A stretch of 32,000 nucleotides of DNA from Candidatus Saccharimonadota bacterium (GTDB lineage Bacteria > Patescibacteriota > Saccharimonadia > Saccharimonadales > Saccharimonadaceae), in the NCBI RefSeq assembly GCF_025273655.1, contig NZ_CP045921.1, forward strand, positions 900,001 to 932,000. The letters run 5' to 3'. The translations under genes and the position numbers were made by a program. Below the pieces are notes generated by a model. The model had not been told where the DNA came from and did not search any database. It saw nothing but the letters and a program-made list of their open reading frames with translations. Shown here piece by piece: positions 1-7,202 of this stretch. Positions within the stretch are counted from its first letter, which is position 1; each line of letters opens with the position of its first letter.

Positions 1-829
1 AACCCGTAATACCGACAAATGCCACAATGAGTGTGCCGCTCGCCAGCACCGCCATATAGCGCGACACTCGTTCAAAGAGGCGCCGACTCACACGTACCAA
101 TATTGTAAGATTGTAGCCGCTTGCGACCACCACGTGCGTCAGACCGACAGTCAGCAGCGCCGCTTCAAAATCAGCAGGCAGCGCTCGCTTCTGCCCCAAT
201 ATATAGCCGATCCCGAGCGACGCTTGCGGATCGGGCAACGCAGTGCGAATCATGTCAGCAAAGTAGTTGCGTACTTCGAGCATCGGGTCAAACCGTACGT
301 GTTTTTGCAGTTCCACCAGCCCAACGCGAAACATCGTGGCCGCAAACGTACCGAAGCCTTCGTCGAGCGTACCGCGTACCGTCACCCGGTCACTGCGCTC
401 AATAGCCTTCGCTCCGCTGCCACTCACGCTCACCCAGTACACGCCGCCGTAGCGTACACCATTGATCTGCACACTATCGAGCCGCAAGCGCACCTCACTG
501 CCGCTACCGCTTGCTGGATCTTCACGCACAGTTCCGCTCATCGTGACCGTGCGGCCGGTATAGTGCGACAAATCTACCCACGACGCCAGCTCATATGCGC
601 CGCGACCATAGCCTATTGTCGCGCCAACCATGCATAACACAATCAGTGTCCAGCGCCGCGCCTTCCAGAAGCACAGAGCGAGCCAAAACAGCCAGACCAC
701 CCACCACGATGCAGCCGTGAACCACTGGCTCGGGAAGTAATATGACAATAGCACCCCGGCCAGCACACCGCACGACAGGCCAGATATCAGAAAGACAGAG
801 TGGATACGACGAGAGAGCCAGGAAAACAT
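1..829 (-). CDS. ComEC/Rec2-like competence membrane protein, N-terminal part (continues beyond left edge)
   Basis: Absent from the ORF track because it has no stop in the window. My minus-strand translation from the ATG (complement of 827-829) is open to base 1. It reads MFSWLSRRIHSVFLISGLSCGVLAGV..., with TM helices, a soluble insert, then GLTHVVVASGYNLTILV, which resembles the ComEC competence-domain motif GLxHLLAISGLH. Confidence 0.6.
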   Translation of the reverse strand, partial: MFSWLSRRIHSVFLISGLSCGVLAGVLLSYYFPSQWFTAASWWVVWLFWLALCFWKARRWTLIVLCMVGATIGYGRGAYELASWVDLSHYTGRTVTMSGTVREDPASGSGSEVRLRLDSVQINGVRYGGVYWVSVSGSGAKAIERSDRVTVRGTLDEGFGTFAATMFRVGLVELQKHVRFDPMLEVRNYFADMIRTALPDPQASLGIGYILGQKRALPADFEAALLTVGLTHVVVASGYNLTILVRVSRRLFERVSRYMAVLASGTLIVAFVGITG

Positions 830-897
830 AGCTTAAGTTTAGCATAGAGATATTGCCTTGCGATTCGCTGGAAGCCCGCGGATACGCTGAAGTTTCT

Positions 898-940
898 CCA
901 TAGAAAAAGACTCATCACGGAGATGAGTCTTTTTCTATGG
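898..940 (-). terminator. Perfect 19-bp stem-loop downstream of tRNA-Lys
   Basis: CCATAGAAAAAGACTCATC (898-916) pairs perfectly with GATGAGTCTTTTTCTATGG (922-940) around a 5-nt loop. The T-run lies inside the stem. The 3' arm overlaps the encoded CCA end of the tRNA. Confidence 0.5.
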
Positions 941-1014
941 AGGGACCACTGGGGCTTGAACCCAGGACACCCTGCTTAAAAGGCAGGTGCTCTAACCAGC
1001 TGAGCTATGGTCCC
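938..1014 (-). tRNA. tRNA-Lys (anticodon UUU), CCA encoded
   Basis: The reverse complement folds as a cloverleaf: GGGACCA/TGGTCCC acceptor, GCTC/GAGC D stem, CCTGC-CTTTTAA-GCAGG anticodon arm (TTT), CTGGG-TTCAAGC-CCCAG T arm, discriminator T, then CCA. Confidence 0.93.
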
Positions 1015-1085
1015 AAATTGTTAATTCATGAAAGCTATATTCAGCTTTTCGCTCCGTACATATTAGCATGCACCTCTGATATTTG

Positions 1086-1577
1086 TCAATGTTTTGCGTG
1101 ATGCTCGTCTTTTTTGCCGCCACTCGATCGGGCATGCATGATATCTACTACCGCCCCAGCTAGTGCTCCCGTGAGGATAATCTGCTGATACTGCACGAGA
1201 AAGTCAAAGACTTGCTTGCCCGGACCCATCAACACTAGCGTATATTGCAGTGCATCGAGGCTGAATACTACCGCCAGCACAGCATAGAGGAGCGATCCAA
1301 TCAATCGCCCGCGCTTCGTCTTGTACGTCGGCCCACCAAATAGCAGTACCACCGACGGCAACAAAATCACCGCCAGTGTTGCAAGTGTCACAGGCGACAC
1401 CATCTCTAGCTCAATACCGCTATTACTCACGAGATCAGCGATGCTCGTTTCCCATAGCTTGCTCAGTACATACCCAGCTGCCAACGCCAGACCTAGTACA
1501 CCAAAGCGCCGCTTCGTCATGTAGGCAAATACAAATAGCAGTAGTACAATTGCGCCGACAATCACCGCCACTTCCAT
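1086..1577 (-). CDS. Hypothetical integral membrane protein (about 4-5 TM helices)
   Basis: 163-aa ORF made of hydrophobic helices. Its start lies 2 nt after the stop of the upstream DUF192 gene, which suggests an operon. Confidence 0.75.
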   Translation of the reverse strand: MEVAVIVGAIVLLLFVFAYMTKRRFGVLGLALAAGYVLSKLWETSIADLVSNSGIELEMVSPVTLATLAVILLPSVVLLFGGPTYKTKRGRLIGSLLYAVLAVVFSLDALQYTLVLMGPGKQVFDFLVQYQQIILTGALAGAVVDIMHARSSGGKKDEHHAKH

Positions 1578-1578
1578 G

Positions 1579-2055
1579 CTAGCCGCCGTACTCGAAATTA
1601 ACTATCTTACCGGGCGAGATATTGTATTTTGTCACCGCTCCAGCAGGTAGAATCAGCACATAGCGAGACTTGCCGCCGGGCTTGTACGTGCTTGTCGACG
1701 AAGGACGTGCGTCTTTGGCTACATACGCTACTTTTTTGCCTTCCGAAATCCATGCGATATCGACAGAGAACTTATTGCCTTGTGTGCGAATCGGCCACTC
1801 ACCACTATAATCGTAGACCATCAATAGCGCCTGATCATCCGACATTGTACCAAGACCCGTCACACCAGCACTACGCCGATCTTCGGTATCCGCTACGTCA
1901 GCACGAAACGTCTTAGCTCCCACCGACACATCCGTCGCACCGAGTGACTCGGGCCAAAACTTCCAGGCAACAAACAATACTAGCGCGCCTACGACAAGCA
2001 TGACGCCGACCCAGACGAGATTATGCTCAGCATGACTGCGCGCACCGTATTCCAT
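1579..2055 (-). CDS. DUF192 family protein with N-terminal membrane anchor
   Basis: The pattern GLG..S..QALLMVYD....PIRTQGNKFSVDIAWIS..GKVAYV...YVLILPAGAV...ISPGKIV matches the DUF192 consensus (GLM..GMLF..W.MKNT..PLDI.F.D...YVLE..aG). Confidence 0.8.
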   Translation of the reverse strand: MEYGARSHAEHNLVWVGVMLVVGALVLFVAWKFWPESLGATDVSVGAKTFRADVADTEDRRSAGVTGLGTMSDDQALLMVYDYSGEWPIRTQGNKFSVDIAWISEGKKVAYVAKDARPSSTSTYKPGGKSRYVLILPAGAVTKYNISPGKIVNFEYGG

Positions 2056-2087
2056 ACGCTTAGTATACCCGAGTCGCTAGAGATACG

Positions 2088-2993
2088 CTATGCGCCGACT
2101 TTGTCTTTTTTCGGTCGACGCTTGGCGTTGCGTTCGACATATTCAATGATCTTAGTTGCTACGTCCCGACTGGTGACTGCCTCTGGTGTCTTGAGGCTAG
2201 CAGATGAATTTACTTCAAGCACTAGGGGGCCCCGACCACTACGCATCATATCGACTCCACACACAGGAAGCCCCATAGCCTTAGCGGCTTTGATGGCCGT
2301 CTTCTTTTCTTCATCTGTCAGCTTGACCGGCACTCCTACGCCACCTTGGTGCGTATTGCTACGAAAATCGTCGTCGAGAGACTGACGTTTGATACTAGCA
2401 ACCACACGACCACCCACCACTAGTGCACGGATATCTTCACCCGCAGATTCTTTAACAAATTCTTGGACCAAGAAGTTCACGCCCTCCACATAAAATGCCT
2501 GCATTACTGCTTTGGCTGCCTTGGTCGTCTCTGCGAGCACTACGCCGTTACCATGTGTGCCACGTGCCACTTTGATGATCAGCGGTGTGCCGCCCGCAAG
2601 TGAGACCACGTCATCGAAATTGGCTGTCTCGCGCGCAAACACCGTCTTTGGTATTCCTACGCCAGCGCGTGCCATGATCTGATATGCACGCAACTTGTCC
2701 CGTGAACGTACGATGGCGATTGAGCTGGCCGTAGTAAATGCGCCCTGATGCTCAAACTGACGCACAATTGCGGTTCCATACTTGGTATAGCTTTGCGCAA
2801 TACGTGGAATAATTGCATCGAAATGATCCAGTGAACGGCCCTTGTAACGCACAACTGGCTGATTCTTTTCAATCGCCACATAACACTTAGCGTAATTAAT
2901 CACTTCTACCTCATGTCCACGGGCTACTGCGACCTCTTTGAGGCGTTTTGTGGAGTAATTTGCGCCGCCTTTCGACAGAATCGCTATCTTCAT
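2088..2993 (-). CDS. rimK: RimK-type ATP-grasp alpha-L-glutamate ligase
   Basis: 301 aa with typical RimK features end to end: MKIAILS..., IPRI, SRDKLRAYQ, PLIIKV.RGTHGNGVVL, FLVQEF, GEDIRALVVGGRVVA, FRSNTHQGG, CGVDM...GPLVLEVNSS. Coupled to the upstream gene by an ATGA overlap (2990-2993). Confidence 0.92.
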   Translation of the reverse strand: MKIAILSKGGANYSTKRLKEVAVARGHEVEVINYAKCYVAIEKNQPVVRYKGRSLDHFDAIIPRIAQSYTKYGTAIVRQFEHQGAFTTASSIAIVRSRDKLRAYQIMARAGVGIPKTVFARETANFDDVVSLAGGTPLIIKVARGTHGNGVVLAETTKAAKAVMQAFYVEGVNFLVQEFVKESAGEDIRALVVGGRVVASIKRQSLDDDFRSNTHQGGVGVPVKLTDEEKKTAIKAAKAMGLPVCGVDMMRSGRGPLVLEVNSSASLKTPEAVTSRDVATKIIEYVERNAKRRPKKDKVGA

Positions 2994-3487
2994 GAATCCC
3001 GCCCTTCTTCTTCATCGTTTGGAAAGTCTATATTGTACTGCTGTTTTAATTCTATTCGGTTGAGACTTGTTTCAGCCGAATCTACAAGAAACCGGTGATT
3101 GAGTAATTTGCGACCAAGTAGTACCGGGTAGATTTTTTTCGAGCGATCGGCCAGTGTGAATCTCGCATGGAACACCTTTGGCCCCAGCTTTACTTTGAGC
3201 TTTACCTCATAGCGCTGCTCCCGGTGCCCAAAAGAGTTGGATACCCATACAGTCGCGAACTCTTCGGCGGTGACCCGATATGCCATCGTACCACACACAG
3301 GATGTCCACCCAAGAGGTCGAAACTCAAAACGCCGTCGTCATTTAATACGATATTGTCAGCATGCACAGCAGACCGATACGCACCTGTATCGGTTTTTGC
3401 GGGTATCTTCACTGGCGCCGTACCGACAAAAGTCAGTAGTTCGGACCGGCCGATGATAACTTTGTGAAAATCATGCTTGGTAGCCAT
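2990..3487 (-). CDS. RimB-like putative ATP-dependent zinc protease (DUF785, retropepsin-like)
   Basis: IPAKTDTGAYRSAVHA matches the AKIDTGA.tSslHA motif of PF05618. The gene sits immediately upstream of rimK and is translationally coupled to it, as in rimABK-type operons. Confidence 0.8.
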   Translation of the reverse strand: MATKHDFHKVIIGRSELLTFVGTAPVKIPAKTDTGAYRSAVHADNIVLNDDGVLSFDLLGGHPVCGTMAYRVTAEEFATVWVSNSFGHREQRYEVKLKVKLGPKVFHARFTLADRSKKIYPVLLGRKLLNHRFLVDSAETSLNRIELKQQYNIDFPNDEEEGRDS

Positions 3488-3494
3488 ACACTGT

Positions 3495-3523
3495 ATTATG
3501 AATAAGATATTTTAATTAGACAA
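3495..3523 (-). promoter_or_regulatory. Sigma70-like promoter for the rimB-like/rimK operon, apparently leaderless
   Basis: Minus strand reads TTGTCT, 17 nt, CATAAT, 7 nt, ATG(3487). No SD sequence is present. Confidence 0.5.
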
Positions 3524-3524
3524 C

Positions 3525-3553
3525 TTGAATATATTAACATAATTTTGTATAAT
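3525..3553 (+). promoter_or_regulatory. Near-consensus sigma70 promoter for the ATP-grasp gene at 3561, apparently leaderless
   Basis: TTGAAT (3525-3530), exact 17-nt spacer, TATAAT (3548-3553), 7 nt, ATG(3561). No SD sequence is present. Confidence 0.6.
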
Positions 3554-3560
3554 TATCAAT

Positions 3561-4790
3561 ATGACACACGTGCTCGTTGTAGGTAAGAAATTCTCCGCTC
3601 TCGCAGACTATCTTGTCGCTCACGAGTACACATATACCGTGCTTCAGGATCGGCAAGCTACTAAGTTTCCAGACAAACGATTCAAGCACCGAGTTGTAGC
3701 AGATTTCTCGTCACTTGAATCACTTTTTGCTACTGTTGATACGCTCCAGACCACGCCAAATCTTGTACTTGCTACCTATGAAAACTACATACTACCTGCT
3801 GCACATATCGCCGCGCACCTTGGCTTACCAGGTATACCAGCAACCGCAGCCGAGGCCTGTACCGACAAGTTCCTGATGCGCTCACTTTTTGCCCAGGCTC
3901 CCGAAAAAATCAGTCCCGACTTTGCTATCGTCCGCACCGAAGACGACCTGCGTGCGTTTGCTGCGAACCACACGTTTCCTCTCATCCTCAAACCCGCCAA
4001 TCTTGCCAAAAGCCTTCTGGTCACAAAAAGCAACTCGCTTGATGAATTGCTTGCAAACTATCATATAGCGACTCGGCTACTAAATTCGACCTACGCTAAA
4101 TACGCGCCAAATCGTACTCCATCACTTATCGTTGAAGAATTCCTGGCAGGGAGCGTGCATTCCGTCGATGCCTTTGTTGACGGCACAGGCACGCCGCACA
4201 TCCTCGATGCAGTCGTTGACTATCAGACGGGCTACGACATCGGCTATGACGATAATTTTCACTACAGCCGCCTGTTGCCGAGTGCACTTTCGACAAAAGA
4301 TCAAACGGCGCTGCGGCGCTGCGCTGACATCGGCATTCGTGCGCTTGGCATGAAGCACACTCCCGCCCACGTAGAAATCATTATGACAGCCGACGGACCG
4401 CGCATCGTTGAGATTGGTGCGCGCAACGGCGGCTACCGCGAACGCATGCACCGGCTCGCTAATGGCATCGATATTACTGGAGCAGCCTTGCAGACTGCCG
4501 CGGGTGGAATCCCAACGGTTGCATCGTCTTATACATATAGCTGTGCCGTTCTTGAATTATTTCCACACTCAGAAGGATCATTTGTTGGAATCACACATCT
4601 CGAAGAGCTACAACAACTCCCATCACTCAATTACCTGAGTATTAAAACTCAGCCTGGAGATACCGTCGGCAAAGCTTCAGGCGGACATAAAGCTGTTGCG
4701 GTTATCATACTATCACATGAAAATCCTGCACAATTTGCCGCTGACAAGCACTTCGTTGATACACACTGCGCCATACAGACAGAAGGCTAA
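3561..4790 (+). CDS. ATP-grasp domain protein (L-amino-acid ligase / carboxylate-amine ligase-like)
   Basis: 409 aa with ATP-grasp hallmarks: PLILKPANLAKS, IVEEFLAGSVHSVD, HVEIIMTADGPRIVEIGARNGG. Confidence 0.8.
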   Translation: MTHVLVVGKKFSALADYLVAHEYTYTVLQDRQATKFPDKRFKHRVVADFSSLESLFATVDTLQTTPNLVLATYENYILPAAHIAAHLGLPGIPATAAEACTDKFLMRSLFAQAPEKISPDFAIVRTEDDLRAFAANHTFPLILKPANLAKSLLVTKSNSLDELLANYHIATRLLNSTYAKYAPNRTPSLIVEEFLAGSVHSVDAFVDGTGTPHILDAVVDYQTGYDIGYDDNFHYSRLLPSALSTKDQTALRRCADIGIRALGMKHTPAHVEIIMTADGPRIVEIGARNGGYRERMHRLANGIDITGAALQTAAGGIPTVASSYTYSCAVLELFPHSEGSFVGITHLEELQQLPSLNYLSIKTQPGDTVGKASGGHKAVAVIILSHENPAQFAADKHFVDTHCAIQTEG

Positions 4791-5809
4791 GTTATGACAA
4801 TAGTAGCAAGATAGTCAACATACGCAGCCACAGCCCCCCTAGGCTCGCCCTGCGTAGGAAGATCGTGAATCGCAAGCGAAGGACATTTGTTAATCTCGAT
4901 AATAACTGCGTCTAGTTCATCTCGGGTCATCTCGGGTGTTGGTACTTTGGCTGTCATGTAGTCGACGCCACTTACATATAGCTCCGCAGTCATCGATACT
5001 GTTTCCGCCTCTTTGATCATCCATTTCGGTAGGTCATCCGTCACGTCCACCAGCTCACCACCCGCACCGTAATTTGCTACACCAAGTACTGTCACCTCTT
5101 GGCCACCTTCTGGAGTAGTCTCGTAGATATTACCGAGAAATTGAGCGGCTCGGTCCACATCTATGCGAGCCAAAGGTGCATAGTAGGGTTCGCCACGCCT
5201 AGGAGAGGCATTTTCAATTTCTACCAGCTCACGCACAGTATGCGTGCCATCACCCCACACTCTTGCGGGTACACGCCATATAGCCGCCTGATACTTGCCA
5301 TCGATACATGCAATACGTATATCATATGATGTTTCATGCCGATACTGCGCTTGAACAATTACCCGTTGAGCTGATTTTGTAAATGTCACAGCGTACGTTA
5401 TAGCGTCGTCTAATTGCTGCTCGGTCGTAACACCCACCGTAATACCCTTGCCGTGCCCACCATCAAATGGCTTCACTACAACACTCCCCACTTGGCTCAG
5501 AAGCTGCTGTGCTTCACCTTTCCCGTATTTATTGCTTACAGATACCGACGCCAATTGTCGCACGCCTATAGAGTCAAGCAGTGCATATGTCGCAAGCTTG
5601 TCATTTGCGACATATGCCGCTGCATACGAAGTCGTGGGTGGGGTGGTACTAAAAATCCGCAACCGTTTATTGTCGCCTCTGTCGATGTAACAGATGGGTG
5701 AACCCTGATACGCAAGCCATGCGCGCCAGCCTCGACGCTTGAATTCTCTCTGCAGCAACAACATCCCCCTGTTCAGCTCGCTCTCTTTGATAGTTTGTAG
5801 ATCAATCAT
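4787..5809 (-). CDS. ATP-grasp ligase resembling the N-terminal domain of cyanophycin synthetase
   Basis: 340 aa with VVVKPFDGGHGKGITVGV, a YDIRI... segment, ANYGAGGE, IIEINKCPSL and a tail PTQGEPRGAVAAYVDYL like the P..G.pR.v...i.d.LF seen in CphA-type enzymes. ATGA overlap with the upstream RimK-like gene (5806-5809). Confidence 0.7.
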   Translation of the reverse strand: MIDLQTIKESELNRGMLLLQREFKRRGWRAWLAYQGSPICYIDRGDNKRLRIFSTTPPTTSYAAAYVANDKLATYALLDSIGVRQLASVSVSNKYGKGEAQQLLSQVGSVVVKPFDGGHGKGITVGVTTEQQLDDAITYAVTFTKSAQRVIVQAQYRHETSYDIRIACIDGKYQAAIWRVPARVWGDGTHTVRELVEIENASPRRGEPYYAPLARIDVDRAAQFLGNIYETTPEGGQEVTVLGVANYGAGGELVDVTDDLPKWMIKEAETVSMTAELYVSGVDYMTAKVPTPEMTRDELDAVIIEINKCPSLAIHDLPTQGEPRGAVAAYVDYLATIVIT

Positions 5810-6633
5810 GCATTCGCCTCGTTCATGATATGTTCAATTATTTCTTTTGCGATATCGACTCCAGTAATCTCACTGATAGCATATCCGGGAGACGGGTTCA
5901 CCTCTAATACCAAAGGGCCTTCATCGCTATCGATAATATCCACTCCGGCATACGGTAATTCAAGCGCATCAACCGCAGCGATAGCTATCTCTTTTTCTTG
6001 TGAGCTTGGTTCATACGTACTCGCTGCCGCACCTAGGTGAATATTTGCACGAAATTCCCCTGGTTGAGCGATCCGGCGCATAGCAGCCACGCACCGGGAT
6101 CCGCAGACAATAACACGCTTATCCGCACCCCTTGACTCCTCTATGTATTCTTGATACAAGCATTCATTTTCTGCATCCAAGCACTTTGCAACAGCTGTAT
6201 TGTACTCATCTATTGTTTTGACAAGGGTCACACCCAACCCCTTATTCCCTACAGCAGCTTTCACTACCCCTGGAAGCCATGGTGGAGGCAATACTTTTGT
6301 CACGATTTCCGACTTAGGCATTGGCACGTGAGCCCGTGACAGTATAGTATAGGAATCACATTTGCTAAACGATTCTAGACTCCGTAGCAAAGACTGTTTA
6401 TGGGACCGGTTGGTAAGATGCATCGCAATATTTTTATATAATTCTACCGTTTTAGGGCTGCGGCGGTAGATAACAGCATCAGCGGCATCAATTATACTGG
6501 CCGCGTTTTTGTCATCAGCAAGGCATACGAGAGGCTCATAGCCCAAACGCCGTGCTGTAGTTGCGAGTAAGTTTGACCCCGTGCTGGCGGCATTGGCAGT
6601 GACAATTGCGAGTTTTTTTGTGTTTTGAGTCAT
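5806..6633 (-). CDS. RimK-family ATP-grasp ligase (second copy)
   Basis: 275 aa with GADKRVIVCGSRCVAAMRR....GEFRANIHLGA, AGVDIIDSDEGPLVLEVNPSPG. Confidence 0.8.
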   Translation of the reverse strand: MTQNTKKLAIVTANAASTGSNLLATTARRLGYEPLVCLADDKNAASIIDAADAVIYRRSPKTVELYKNIAMHLTNRSHKQSLLRSLESFSKCDSYTILSRAHVPMPKSEIVTKVLPPPWLPGVVKAAVGNKGLGVTLVKTIDEYNTAVAKCLDAENECLYQEYIEESRGADKRVIVCGSRCVAAMRRIAQPGEFRANIHLGAAASTYEPSSQEKEIAIAAVDALELPYAGVDIIDSDEGPLVLEVNPSPGYAISEITGVDIAKEIIEHIMNEANA

Positions 6634-6640
6634 ATGTATT

Positions 6641-6669
6641 ATTATACTATATTTTAGTCATATTATCAA
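6641..6669 (-). promoter_or_regulatory. Consensus-like promoter for the 6633-4787 ATP-grasp operon, apparently leaderless
   Basis: Minus strand reads TTGATA, 17 nt, TATAAT, 7 nt, ATG(6633). No SD sequence is present. Confidence 0.6.
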
Positions 6670-6678
6670 TATTATCCG

Positions 6679-6707
6679 TTGACCCCTCCCCCTTAGGGTG
6701 CTACTAT
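6679..6707 (+). promoter_or_regulatory. Promoter for the GNAT gene, very short leader
   Basis: TTGACC (6679-6684), 17 nt, TACTAT (6702-6707), 9 nt, ATG(6717). Confidence 0.5.
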
Positions 6708-6716
6708 ACGAGCACC

Positions 6717-7202
6717 ATGGACATGGCATCCCGTTTCAGAACACTTGCGCATACAGACTTAGAAGAACTTGTGCAAAATTTTCCTCAACCCCAGCCAGAT
6801 GCGCATGCTAAGCGACTTGCCCATCAAGATGCGGGCGACTACTCATATTTCTGCACAGAACAAGATGGAATAATCGCCGCCATTCAGCTTGTGCGCTGGA
6901 TTGGACCTCGTAAGCAGGAAGACCGAATACTCTCCCAGCTACCAGAGATAGGGAGCTTGTATGTGCGGCCGGAATATCGCGGCAAAGGCCTTGGTGGTGC
7001 ACTTATCGCTCATTCCGAAGATACTGTATACAAGCAGGGCTACACCGGCGTCGGAGCAATCATCAAAGACTCAAATGCTATTTCTACACACATGCATCTT
7101 AGGCGCGGCTACCGGCCCATTGGCGTCGCTACTCGCACAGATCAAGACCCCGATGAGCCTCGAACTTACTACATCAAGCAATTTCCTCAAACAGATTTTT
7201 GA
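6717..7202 (+). CDS. GNAT family N-acetyltransferase
   Basis: LYVRPEYRGKGLGGALI is the acetyl-CoA binding Q/RxxGxG/A motif and RRGYRP lies at the C-terminus. I chose the ATG at 6717 (MDMASRF...). The track start at 6606 would run through both promoters and the neighbouring start codon. Confidence 0.85.
   Translation: MDMASRFRTLAHTDLEELVQNFPQPQPDAHAKRLAHQDAGDYSYFCTEQDGIIAAIQLVRWIGPRKQEDRILSQLPEIGSLYVRPEYRGKGLGGALIAHSEDTVYKQGYTGVGAIIKDSNAISTHMHLRRGYRPIGVATRTDQDPDEPRTYYIKQFPQTDF

Noticed and set aside
121-845. Plus-strand ORFs 121-405, 134-637 and 267-452, and minus-strand ORF 591-845
   Set aside because: All overlap the ComEC-like reading frame, which is open from 829 to the window edge. Their products are R/A/S-rich and non-protein-like.
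938-1014. tRNA-Lys as an integration site for a prophage or island carrying the fibre genes
   Set aside because: The tRNA is about 21 kb from the fibre array, with housekeeping genes (dnaJ, dnaK) between them. I noticed no integrase and no direct repeat of the tRNA 3' end.
6606-6716. Upstream track start for the GNAT gene. Similar upstream starts occur at 13126 (dnaJ), 15536 (FAD oxidase) and 15548 (DUF1704)
   Set aside because: The extensions run through promoter elements or the neighbouring start codon and add non-conserved residues. Internal ATGs give canonical N-termini (MDMASRF, MSKRDYYEVLGV, MNLQEEL, MKKLDATW).
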